Position numbers and translations under genes: made by a program. Source: Rotaria socialis (lineage: Eukaryota). From it: a stretch of DNA of 64,000 bases. The DNA lies in the NCBI GenBank assembly GCA_905331295.1, contig CAJNYD010000322.1:124001-188000 (forward strand). Reading direction: 5' to 3'. Of the stretch, positions 1 through 13,409 are shown piece by piece. Below the pieces are notes generated by a model. The model made no database searches, was not told the origin of the DNA, and worked only from the letters and a program-made list of their open reading frames with translations. Numbering within the stretch: position 1 is the first letter of the stretch; each line of letters starts with the position of its first letter.

Positions 1-2529
1 AAATAGCATACAACTAAGAATATCATAGCAATTGCAACGATAACAATTGATCTCTGTAGAACAATGACAGGCAGATGAGGATCCAAACAAAACAAGGGGA
101 GCAATAAGAAAATAAAGGCAAAAGAGAAGTGATTTTATTATTAATTATTTGTAATATTATATTTCACCGTTAAAGATGCAATGAATTAGAAGGTTGAAAT
201 CAAACCATAGTTTCATGCAGAGATCTGGTTTTCAGTAAAACAAATTCTGATAGAAAATCACAATTGTAAAATGATTGAAATCAACATTAATTATTCTTTT
301 TTAATTTTCGCGATAGATCTGATTCGATATTTTTGTGTATCAAATAAAGCAAACAAGGTGGAAAAGAGATTTGTGAATTTCAATGAAATTAATAAAATGA
401 AATGTGACCGGAAATGAGTGAAGACTGTTAAAAATGAAAGAGAAGCACGGATAGTCACTCCAATTAGTTAAAAGTCTATTGATTTCTGATAGTTTTTCAC
501 TAATTTAGAGATGATCTCATTCATCCATTTATTTATTTCTCTTCTAATGTGACTTAGAAAACAACGTCAACGAACTAAAATTACTTGACTAAGACATGAG
601 CCGTGAAAAATAGCAAAAGAAAAGCTCAATTCGAGTTCTTAATCAAACACAGCTCGTGATAAAAATAATAAAGTTAGTTTTATTGAGAAATAAGACATAG
701 AATGTCTTTGTAATAAATGCAGCAATATGTCAAGTCATTACTTTCTCTTTCAAGACGATTTATTTCCAACTTTTTCCATCTAGACTGCAATGTAAATGTC
801 ATATTTTAATTAGATCACAATCAAACGATATTTTTCGGAACTGTTCATTAATATTTCTAATTCAATTGCATAGTTTTCTGCTAATGGATACATAGAAATG
901 AATAGAAATATACAACATATTGACATATCTAACCATACATAGTAATATAAAGCATCGTGTTTTAATTTTTAGAAATTCTGTAAAGTATTCAACAAAAGTA
1001 AGATCTTTGTAAAAAAGAAGTGAAATTCTCTGTCCGATTTATATTTTTGAAAATACTTCACTTATTTAATTGTACTCATAGACTTTTAATGGATATATGA
1101 AAAAATCAATTTTATGGATTAATTTTGTTCTTCGGAAAGCTTATCATAATTTATTTGATATCTTGCGGAGAGTTTAAAAGTTTATTATTTCTCCAGTCTT
1201 AGATACTGTTAAAAAGTAATTTTTAGTCTCTTTTAAATTGAAGCTACAGGTTTGTTAAGAAAATTCTTTATATAACTATTATAAATTAGATTATCCTCTT
1301 AACATAAATATATTAATATGTTAGAGATGACATATTCATCATCTTCAAAAACAATGGGCACCTATTCAATGTGAAATTAAAAAAGATTCATCATAAAATT
1401 TTACTAGTAAAGAAAAATATATGACATATCATCATATACAGCATCACATTAACTTAAACTAATTAAAATTCATCGAACAGATTCATGAGAAACAAAACTT
1501 AATATTATGACATATGTTGAACCTGTCAAAAATAAGATTTCATTAACTATAAATTCTATCTCAAGTTCAAATTATTACGTGAAATACATAGAAAAATAAA
1601 ATTAAAATTAAAATCAATAATCATTCAATTGTAACCCATCTATAACAGCACACGAAATTGCTATATTGATTCATTCATAAAATATAAATACTATTGAATA
1701 GAAGATTCTTCAAAACCATGAACTTTACCTATTCAATATACCAAATGATAATATTCTTCTAATGGCATTTATTTGAATGCCTATTCAAATATTTATCAAA
1801 AAATAAATGTGTCAGATAAATATACATGGCGATCAAATACCCAATTAATAATTTTTGAAACAAATGAATTTAAACAAATTTGACATTCTAGAATAAATGA
1901 AAATACACCCTTGTGTTAAATTATTTAAGTTTTGAAAATGAAGATGAGTAAAAATATAAAATTCCATGATTTCATTATTTCGTTATATAACGATTTTTAA
2001 TACAACATGGAATGTATAGTTTTGTTTTTTACGTTTTAGACGTCATCAATCTGTGTAAAAGGTCTAAGTGAATTATTTTTTTCTTAATTTTGGTTTTGGT
2101 ATAATGCTCTCCAGCATCGTGTCAAAAAACTATTTAGTAATTAAACTGCAATATTCCCTTTCATGTTGCACACTACTACTACTACTACTATAATTAATAA
2201 ATATTGGCTTTTTCAGACTGTAGCGCTTTTTAGTGATTAGTGATGTTTTATTCACCAATAAAATCCACTCCGATGATATGTATGTAAAACAGTAGAGAAA
2301 AAAGAAAAAGAGGGAAAAAAAAAGAAACGTAAACAAATCCAATCGATCGATCGTTTCTAGTCTTACGGCATAATTCTTTTTCTTTTTTTTTCTGGAAAGC
2401 TTGCCTTCGTCGATTTTCCACCATCTACGTCTTCTCCATCTATTATAGACAAGGATAAAGACACATCATAATATTTACCAATAAAAGGATTCGGGTCATG
2501 CATTCCGTTCATTATCTATTTTTATCATC

Positions 2530-5500
2530 ATGGCTCAACTATGTGGTAAATATATCTAAATTGCTATGAACTTATCTGGGAATGTTTTATGTTTTATGTT
2601 TTTTTCTTCTTCTTCTTCTTGTTCAGAAGCCAGAACAATACTAAAACGATTGAGCGAACGTTTATATCAACAGAGTAATTGCGACAAGCAGCCTGATATT
2701 AATTCATTGCAACAAATCCTTGATAGTCCATTATTTAATACATTATATAATTTACAAGAATCTTTTCAAGAATTGAAATTTAAATTTGAACAAGGAAATC
2801 ATTTAATAAAAAGTTGTTCATTTGATTTTGATACCGACGGTCATTTGAAATTAATCAGCGAGAAAACAACGAATTCAAGTAAAACAACAAATTGATCATA
2901 TGTTTGTTTTATTAATAATGGAATCAATTTTTAATTTAATTTTTTTAGATATCGACTATAACGATCATTTATCGAATGAAGGTGTCATTCGAAAAGTTAT
3001 TATAAATAAAAATACACCCAATGAATCATTAGGATTTAGTATAATCGCGTATAAACACCGTTTATTTGGTATTAATGCAATTTTTATTCATGATATTCAA
3101 CCGAACGGCCTTGCCGATGTGTAAGTTCTACGTTTTGTGTTATTTTTTTGAGTAGGAGTACCAAGTTTGTTTTTCATGCCTGCATTTACTCACCTATTTC
3201 TGTCTAGTTATTTCTTTTTTTTAAATTTCTCATGAGACTCTCATTAACAGAGAACCAAGATCTGTTTTGTCTCGATACATTATTTAAAGAAAAGAACAGA
3301 CTGAAAATTGAATAGATAATTATTCTATCTAATTTATTAGATATTTTCGATGATACCATTATCTACAAGACAATTAAATCTATCAATGAAATAGATATCT
3401 TCTTCGAAAGCTGTACTTTAATGAAGTTTTTTTTCGTGCTTTCTTATTTCATGACCTTCAGTGGCAATAAGTCGTGTTTTCCTTCTTTTTTTCTTTTTAT
3501 GATAAGGGAGCGCAAAGAGAGACGATTTACAAATAATTTCTTTCGCGCTGTCGTGTCAATTTTTTGTTCTGATAGAAAGAATGCATGCTGAGTAAGAACC
3601 ATCTTTTTTCCATTTGTACTTTTTTAGCGTGTATGCTATATGCTCTGCTACTTTTGACAGTTGTCGGCACGCACATAAAAGTCAAAAAGAGAAATATGCA
3701 TTGACAACTTTGCCTGAAGAATATATCGAGGAAAAGTTTCGAGATTACAGATACGCTTTAATTTAGTGCCATCTATTAGGCAAAGAAGTCAAAGAAAAGG
3801 ACACGACAAACAAAAAAATCGATATCGCTTATTCTTATTTTTTGGCCTATGGATGGAAATAAAAGAAAGAATCAATCGACTTGTCTGGGTCTCGAGAGAT
3901 CATCAACTATTGTTATAGAGGATAAATCCGTTGAATATAAAAAGAAACAAAAAAAGAATGAGCGGAAGGAATAGATCATTATCATCATCATCATCATCAC
4001 CATCATCATCTCTGTCATCATCATGAAAAGGAAATAGAAACAGGTTTTTGAATGAAAAGACTACAATCATCTCACCTAGTTTTATGTTCTATTATCTAAT
4101 AGAACATATGAGGAAAAAATTATTTTTGACAACAATGTAAGAATTACGAATATTATTATTATTATTGCATTATTATTATATACAAAATATAATAAGTGAG
4201 GAGATACATATGATTTTTTTACCGAACACTAAAGTCACGCCATATGAAATATGTTATTGTAACTTTTATATATTGGTAATAATGCTAGGAAAGTAATGAT
4301 AACAAGGATGAAGATTGCTGGTTTATGTGCACACGATGGATATTTTATCATGAAAATTAAATTATCTTAGACGTTGAGGGACTACAAAGATAGAACAACA
4401 TTCTTCATTCTTTTCTTCTTTTTCTTCTTTTTCTGCTTCTCTTCGTTCGGCTATTTCTCTTGGCACTAAATTGAGAAATTTGTGAGCAAAATTCGGGATT
4501 GTCTCTGATGATGTGTGTATACTTATATGTAAATATAATCATGTGTATAGCTCTTTTCTTTTAATTTTTCTTTTTCAGAAATGATCAACTACGTGTAGGC
4601 GATCAAATAGTTTGTGTCAACGATATTTATTTTGATTCACAAGATTCAACACTCGCCATTCGTGCTCATCAACTTCTTCTTGATTTAACACGTTTATCAA
4701 TTGAACTTGTTGTTGTTGCCACAACTACTAATTATCCTCATGCGGCTGTTGGAACGTCGAACAACGACGAACACAGCTGTGTTCCGACATTGTCGACGCC
4801 TTTTCACGTCGACATGGTGGTAAGATTATGATTAATAGTATAGATGAATAAATAGATACATGCACAAGATACTTATCTATATTTAATATATGTGCATATA
4901 TCTATATACATCCGTACATATATATATATATATATACATCTTGATTTTGTTTAGCTAAATACATTGTGGACACAAATTGAAGTTGTCGAATTAACGAACG
5001 ACGGATCTGGACTAGGCTTTGGCATCACTGGCAATAAATCAACGGGTGTTGTTATCAAAGCAATTGTACCTGGTTCAATTGTCGATAAAGTAATATTTAG
5101 TTGCATTTTCTTCTTTGCAGTTGCTTTTGTTTTAAATTGCTCAATCAAGAGAAAGCATAGGAAGGAGCCGAAAAACAACGCAGATAGAAAAACCTTTAGA
5201 AAAAAAATAGGAAGAAAGGAAGAAAATAAATTGGTCTAATGAAAGATAGCCAGTATGCATATATACTTGTAAAAGAAAAAAAATAGAAGAACGAGAGGAG
5301 AAAATAGCACGGACGAGAGAAACAAGCATTCATTTGCTTTTATATACTACCAATCTGATGAGCAATACATCAAAGATTCCTAATATCCGCTTTTTGGTCT
5401 ATTCCTATATAGGATGGTCGCATTCATACGGGTGATCACTTATTTCAAATAAATCATGTCTTTGTACGTGGTATGAGCTCTGAACAAGTAGCTGGTATAC

Positions 5501-8500
5501 TTCGACAATCTTCTCAGCAAGTTCGTCTTGTTGTTGCACGAAGTGTACGTGAACCACCAGCCGCTTCAACAACTTCATTATCATCATCATTATCATCATC
5601 AACAACAACAACAACAAAAATAACAACCGCAGCTGACATTAAGATGAATTCTTCAGCATTAATGACACAACGTCCATCATCCACATCCGACACTTTGATA
5701 GGAACAATAAATAATAATGCAAAATCAACTACGACACCTTTATCAATGATTAGTGATAATGATGGAATAATAAATAGTTCGCAAAATCGGATTCTAATTC
5801 GTACTGAACGTTTACTTGAAAACAATCACAATTTTGAAAAAATTATTGAAAATCTTCGTGAGCAGGTTCATATCTATATTGTATTAATGATATAAAACAG
5901 GAAGAGAAAAAAGGACGAGAACGATTAATTATCTTGTAAAACGCGACTAGCCGTTTGCGTGTTGGTATAACGCCTCTCTCACTTTCCTCTAATTCCTATT
6001 TTTCTCCTTTATTTGGCATCCTTTTCTCTTTTTTTCATCTATCCTCCGGATCCTTTAGGCACTTTCTTTTCTTCACCCTGCATCATTCTCGTCAACTTCT
6101 CGACTCAAGGTTCTGTGCACATAGCATAGTTATGGCAGGTTGCTCTGATAGTCCCAATAGTTGGAAAAGAGAATATGTAAGAGAGAAAAAGAAACAACCA
6201 TTCACACTAGTGAATGTGCGTGTCTATGCTGTCGATTCCATTGAAGAAGCAAGACGAGTGCGAGTCGATTGTCGATTGTTAATCTTCCGTTTCTTTTTTT
6301 CGCCTTCTTTAGAATCGAGTGTAAGAAAGCGCTGATAACACTAATAATACAATGTTACGGCAACGAGTTGCTCGATTTTCTTCTAGTTTTTATTTATTTG
6401 TGTATAACTATCATTATTCTATTGTTTCAATGTGTTTAGTGTCAATATGAAGATGGGACACAACTTTTGGATGTAACATTAGAGAAAGGTGATGACGGTT
6501 TAGGGATTACTGTTGCTGGTTATGTTAGTCCTGATTCAACAAATAATGGTAAATTTTGTTTGTCTTTGCTTTTCGTTTTTATTTTTGAAAGAAAAGTGAA
6601 AGGAAATCTGATCGGAAGGAAAAAGTCTGTTTTTCCATAGAACATATTCGAATTGTTAAAAAAAAAGTACGATTCAATCAAAACTCTAAAGAAGGGAAAT
6701 TGTCAGTACCAGCCTCGAACTATAGTAATTAAAAACAGAACGATGGATCAAGTCATGGTTTGCATCATTTCTCATTTCTTATGCTTCTCTAAAAAATTAA
6801 TATGAGTGAAAAGACTAATTTCTTTGCGAGGAAGTTGAAGTCTTTTTGTCACAGATAGAAAAAAAGAGCTGAGAGAGAGAGAGAGAGAGAGAAAGTGTTT
6901 TTATTTCAATACATTTCTATGTGCATTTTTAGATGCCATAGCCGGTATATTCATTCGTGATATAGCTGAAGGTAGCGTATGTTTCCGCGATGGTCGTTTA
7001 ATGATTGGCGATCAAATTATTGAAGTCAATGATCAATCTCTTAATGGCTTTTCTAATATTCAAGCACTTTATTTATTACAAAATACAAGTTCATCTGTAC
7101 GACTTAAAGCTCGACGCTATCTTGATGGTATTAAATTTGAAAAAATAAAAGAAATGATAGGTAGTGTTGATTGTTTTATGTTTCAAGAAAAAAGGTTGAT
7201 TTAATTTTCTCATTTCTATTTTTATAAGCTCTTGAATCATCACATCAATTAGAAGAAAAAATTGAATTTCAATCTCAAGTTGATATTTATGAACAAATAC
7301 GTCAAAGATGGATTAAAGTTTTAGGAAACAATTATGATATATTAGTCACTGATGTTTATAAACCTGATAATGGTGGTCTTGGAATAACACTTGAAGGTAC
7401 AGTTGATATTGAAAATGGTGAAGAAGTTCGACCTCATCATTATATACGCGCATTATTGCGTGATGGACCTATTGGTACAGAAGGAACATTAAAAGCTGGT
7501 GATGAACTTTTAGAAGTAAGAAAATTGAATTTCCAATATTCAAAAGTATGCCTGGCTTTTTTGTTTAAATTGATTTTTTCTTTAGGTTAATAATCAAATT
7601 CTATATGGAAAAAATCATATCAATGTCATTGAAATCCTTAAACGTGTTAAACATCAAATAAAACTTGTTTGTGGTCGCCGAAAAATTTCTCAAACAAACG
7701 AAACCACTACAACGAATAATATTCACAATCATAGTCGTTCACGTTCAATCACATTCGGACAAACGACTGAAATTGTTGTTAAAGCTAAAAGTATGGGAAC
7801 ATTAGATGCACAGAATTCATCATTCAATCATAACTCATCATCCACACGCATAACACAACAATATAAATCTCGTTCTCTCGAAGTGATTTCAAATTTAGCT
7901 TTATGGTCAACATCAATTATAAACGTTGAATTACATAAAAGTGATCATGGCCTTGGCTTTTCTGTACTTGATTATCAAGATCCATCAAATCCAAGTCATT
8001 CACCTGTTATTGTTATACGTGCATTAGTACCTGGTGGCGTTGCACAATTAGACGGAAGAATTGTTCCAGGCGATCGTTTAGTTGCTGTCAATGATATAAC
8101 ACTTGAAAATATGACTCTAGATGATGTTATTAAAATCCTAAAATCAACACCAATAGGTCCTGTTAAATTAAGTTTATCAAAGCCATTGCCATATCCCAAA
8201 TTTAAAAACGATAACGATGAAGATAATACTACAACCGATAGTGATCAAGATGCAGTCACTACTAATCAAATAAATCAACGTGCATCACGTATTAGTAAAA
8301 GTTCAACAATGACTGCCACTATTAATAATCATAAAGTAATTAGATTTATTTTATTTTCATCTATTTTGTTTATGTAAACATATATAAAGGTCAATAGAAT
8401 ATCATTTGTTTACTTAATTTTCAAATATTATGTTCGATGTAAATGAATTATTTGTTTACTAACAATAGATTTCCATTAGATGGTTTTTGGTTCTTATGAT

Positions 8501-11500
8501 CAAAGAACAAGCAAGCTCATCAATTGAGAATAAATTTAAATTTTTAATAAACTACTACAATTACTAAATAGGTCGCGCAGTGACGTGTTGATAATCGAAT
8601 TTTTTTTTCGATTAGCGAGTATAGAAGGAGAAAAAAGAATCTTTTATTATATGTATTCTTTATAGATCAAAGTTGGTTGACATTAATAGGATTTTCTTTC
8701 ATATAGCTAATGAGAAATTTATTCAATTATTATTTTCCATTACGAGTATTCGAAGAAATACTCGTTTTTTATTTTGTTTGAGACAAAGAAGAATTATAGT
8801 AGAATAAGGAAACAAATGAGCTTCTTAGGCTTTTCGTTTTAAATCAAATAAGTTGATCACGATATGATGAAGTTATTCTCTGTTTCTCTACTATGATTGA
8901 ATATAGAATTATTTAGAAAAAAAAATATGTAAGGCATTTTGTATGAAAAAATAAAAATTTTGTAGAATTTTTCATCCTTCTTATGAAACATATGTGATTA
9001 ATATTCAATTATTATTATACGAATGATTCTTTTTCTCTCTGTAATCATTCCTAAAACATCAATTCAATACTGATGGAACGATGTTTTTATTCGATTAAAA
9101 CATAAAATGATTAATAAAATAATCATCTATAGACTATAATCGATTACTAGTGTTCTTAAAAAAAAAACAGAAAGCTGTATTAAATTATAGATCGTCCTAC
9201 CATAAACACACAGGAAGTCATTTTCGTCTATGTTTATGCTAGTGCACGCTAATTTTAGTGTATTATACATGCAGACTTTCTTTTGATGCTTTGTCAGTCC
9301 ATTATTGTTTACACATACGCACTACTTAATATATGTTCTTCAAAGATATTATTCTGTAAATACTTTCGAAGAGTAAGTTTTGTTTGCATATTAAATAAAA
9401 ATGCGTTATTGAGTTGAGAATAGTAAAAGAGAGATATGTTCAAAATGATTTTTATTGTTCATAGTATAGAGATTATTTACATATTACAGGCCATGATATC
9501 TCTAGAGTACACTTACAACAAAGTTATAAGCTCTTTGTTGAACTATCTATTCTAATATTTTGATTACACCCAGTATACACTTATGAATAATCAATAACCT
9601 TGGGGTGAACATCGTTTCCATGAAGATTTTCTTGTAATAACAAAGTATACATCTAACGGAACATATGTTATGTTGATTCGAGAGATAGAAAATTTTCGAC
9701 ATAAACTCAGAGAATTTAGTTTGAGTAAAACATAACATTTATTAAATGTTAACAATACATAAATAGAAGTAGATGTCAATTAACATAAGAGAAAACTTAA
9801 AAATCATTTTCAAGAATAATCACATAACTGCTTTATTTATCAAGTTCTAATTAATTTCAAGTCAGAAAAGCGTAGAAAATGCTATTATAATCTAATGAAA
9901 TAATCCTATTAAGATTATCTAGTATTTCTTCTAGTCTATCCTCTTACAAAGAATAACTTCTATAACTACTTCGTAAAAACAAAACATATTAATTTCATCA
10001 TATTCAACTAACATTTATTTGTATGAATATCATTTATCTTCTTATTATTTTTTTCTTTAACATAAAATAATAGTTTTTTATAATGAAACTCGAAAATTTA
10101 AATAAAATTCATTTTCATCTTTTTAGCGTTCTGCTTCAACTCATCATACTTCACGTTCCTCATCAATAAAACGACCAGCTGTACCAGCTGGTATTGCATT
10201 ATCAGCTCCAGCTATTCTAAGTAAACACGAATATTTGGAATCATTAGTAAATAAGGAAAATATGAAAAAAAATATTGTACCCCGAGCATCAAGTGCTAGT
10301 CGGACAACTTGTCCCGACAGAATATCTCCAAGAATTTCTCCATTTGAACCTGTGCAATCTCGAAAAGATCAAATTCGACAATTAAATAGAGAAGAATATC
10401 TCGACTTTTTACCACGAAAAGTATCCACATTAACAACACAAAAATTACCACCAGATATTACAATAAATTTACCTGAATTTCAAGATTTTCAGTCAGATCA
10501 TCTTGTGCTTATACCCCAAATAATTTCTCATCCATCTTATGATCGATTACGTGGTTTATCTGCTTTTACAGCAACGAAATTTAATCGACAATCGACAAAT
10601 AATAATTCTAATAATAATAATAATAATAATAATAACATAATATCTCAAACATTAGTAAGAATCACATCCACTGGTTCACCGCATACAAGTTATTCTTCAG
10701 TGAAACGATTATCCCGATTACGACAAACTCATGATACAAGTAATCAATGTGACCAAGAACAAATCCATATTATGCGACCATCATCGTTGAGACAAATGAC
10801 AAATAAATTTGACTCAATAGCATGTTTCCATGAAGTGAGTAGATTAGTGATTTTCTTTTCGGACTCGTCTGTTTAAGCCAGCAGCATTCACTGCCCGAGG
10901 GGGGGAAATACGCGGACGAAAATTCACATATACCGAACAAATTGGATTATAATCGAGAATGATGATGACGAAGAGGATGATGGTTACAATAGTCCTCGTA
11001 TGGCTGAATGTAGTTTCAATGCTGATGACGACAAGAGTTAAGACTGGACTAGTCATTGGAGATAGAAAGACATAGAGAAGAAAAAGAAGAGCAGTCAGTC
11101 TCTTGAGAACACATACTGGAAAAGAACAAAACAGAACGCTTTTGACATTTGAGCAGTAGCAATGGAATACAGCAGCGTTGTCGACATAACGGATGCATCT
11201 TGATTAAAACGCGAGAAACGATCTCTTTTCTTCGAATGCATATACCCATTTCTTTTTCTTGCTCAGATTATCGTATACTATAATACACAGTTTCTGTTCT
11301 GTTCGATGTTTCCTGTAGCTTTTGGATTTCTTTTTTTTGGCATTGATTATATCTTGATTTTTATCTTCTTTCGCTGATGCTTTCTATTTCTCTGAATACG
11401 TACATACATGTACATCACATTGTTCACAATCAGCATCTTCGATGGATTCATGACTTTTTAACATAACCATATGAAGAAATCCAATAAGGTATGTGATATA

Positions 11501-13367
11501 TGAGAGACAATGAACGAGAAAGATAACATATTAGTATCTTTCTTGGTATCACGTTTGATCAGAACGTTGATCCAGTAATCGAACCGTCATTTCTAATAAG
11601 TTAAATACACAGACATGTTATGCCTTCGGATAGAAAGAAAAAAATCAGTGAGGTATACACATATGTGATGCACACTGATTCGATTAGTCAAAAATAATTT
11701 CAGATATGAAGGCCTTCCCTTTATTTTCGCATGTCACGTCACTTAAATAAAACCGAACTAATTCGAAAAGAATGATTGCAGTCCGAATGAGCAAGGTGTG
11801 TCCATAATAATAGTAGTAGTATGCTCGACAGGTAGATAATATAGATGATTCGAAATGCACGTATCAACATAATCTATGTGAAATCCGTCAATAAGACATG
11901 TGCAAAAATAACAAGACGATAGAAATACAACTAGTATATATATATCTATAACTATCAAAAACGCTTATTTTCATCAAAATAAATGTCGAAATTTCGTGAA
12001 TATTTCAATGTACGCTTTTGTCTTGTTTGTACACGAAAATCCGATCATGTTTGTTCTCGGGTAAGACGTGTTTGATATTTTTTTCTCTCTCCACATTCTG
12101 TTTCTAATTAAGTCTATTGATTTTCTCGAATTCATGCTGAGCCTAATATTTACTTTGTTATGAAAGAACATTATATTGTATATTCTCGTCTATAATAATT
12201 ATGATTTTGTTTTCTAAAAAAAAGAATCAGCGGTAAATTCACTTGTTACTGAGTGCGTGTGTGTGGTCTAGCGAAAAAAAAAGATTCATAAATAATGCAC
12301 TGTGTTCCTTTCATCAGCCGTTGTTTTTCAATTATAGTCCTTTTTTGGTTTGTCGTTCTTCCCGTCTTATTCTTCAAGGAAAATCTTAGTAGTGCCTTGT
12401 AAAGATAGAGGAACACAAAACCAGACAACATAACCAAAAAAAAAAAATAGAAAGAAGTAAAAGAAAAGGAGAAGAAACATTGTGTCTTCTCTATGTGTGT
12501 GTAAGCAAGCGCTCGCGCGCCTATTGTGGTACTACACCAAAAAGGCGGACAGAAAGAATTACTATTTGTTGTCGCCGTTATGTAGCTGCCCGGTCTTTTC
12601 TTTGCTTTTCTATTCGTCTGTTATTCTTTTGTGTGTATACTTGTGTGTGTGTCTGCCTCACGCTCTAGTTGTTCGTTCGCTAAGCATGCGCATATTTTTT
12701 TTCTTTTTTTTTTCTTGCGTCTTTTTGCTTCTTCATTCTTTTTTTTATATCTGCTATGAATTGTTAACCGATAGAATAAAGAGAAAGAGAGTTGAATTTT
12801 ATTAAACATATACAACGTGATGCTGTAATAAATACATAAGGAAATGATCGTTGAGCCGTCAGCGTAATTGTACGAACGGATGACTCTCTTTCGATCCCCC
12901 CGGAGCGCGTCTGTTTGCATTCAAGTCAATTATGATTAGCAGATTGAGTCTTATACACGTGCTCGTTTGCTTCGATGACATAGATTAGTTGTTTCTGTCA
13001 TAAGCATATTGATCTATCTTCTACTAAGATACAGTTCACAGTACAGAAGCAGTAGCAATATGTCTAGTAATAACAGCAAGATCTGCCAGTAGGAAAAAGA
13101 GATATAGAGCAATGTTTTTTCATCTGTTCTCATGTACAAATTCGTTTATCAATTATGACAAGTCTCTTCGAGAGCTACGCAAACACTCATTATCTTCTTC
13201 TTCTTCTTCTTCTTCTTCTTCTTCTTTTTTCCTTCTCATCGATTATTCTCTTTTTCGTCATCATTATTGAAGCTAAGAAGAAAAACGAGACGAAGAGAAA
13301 AAAATCATTGTTTACTGATTATTTTCTGTTGTTTTTTTAGCCTGACTTGAGTAGTGACGACGAACAC

Positions 13368-13409
<42 letters not shown>

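Noticed and set aside
1..2400. Possible gene or RNA upstream of MPDZ
   Set aside because: Very AT-rich with no credible ORF, tRNA fold or repeat boundaries visible.
13060..13092. Second alternative first exon MSSNNSKIC
   Set aside because: It has an in-frame stop, and the only nearby donor is phase 2, incompatible with the phase-0 acceptor at 13341.
11049..13340. Short Phe/Cys/Lys-rich ORFs within MPDZ introns
   Set aside because: Their composition reflects poly-T/A and GT repeats; no splice or motif support.
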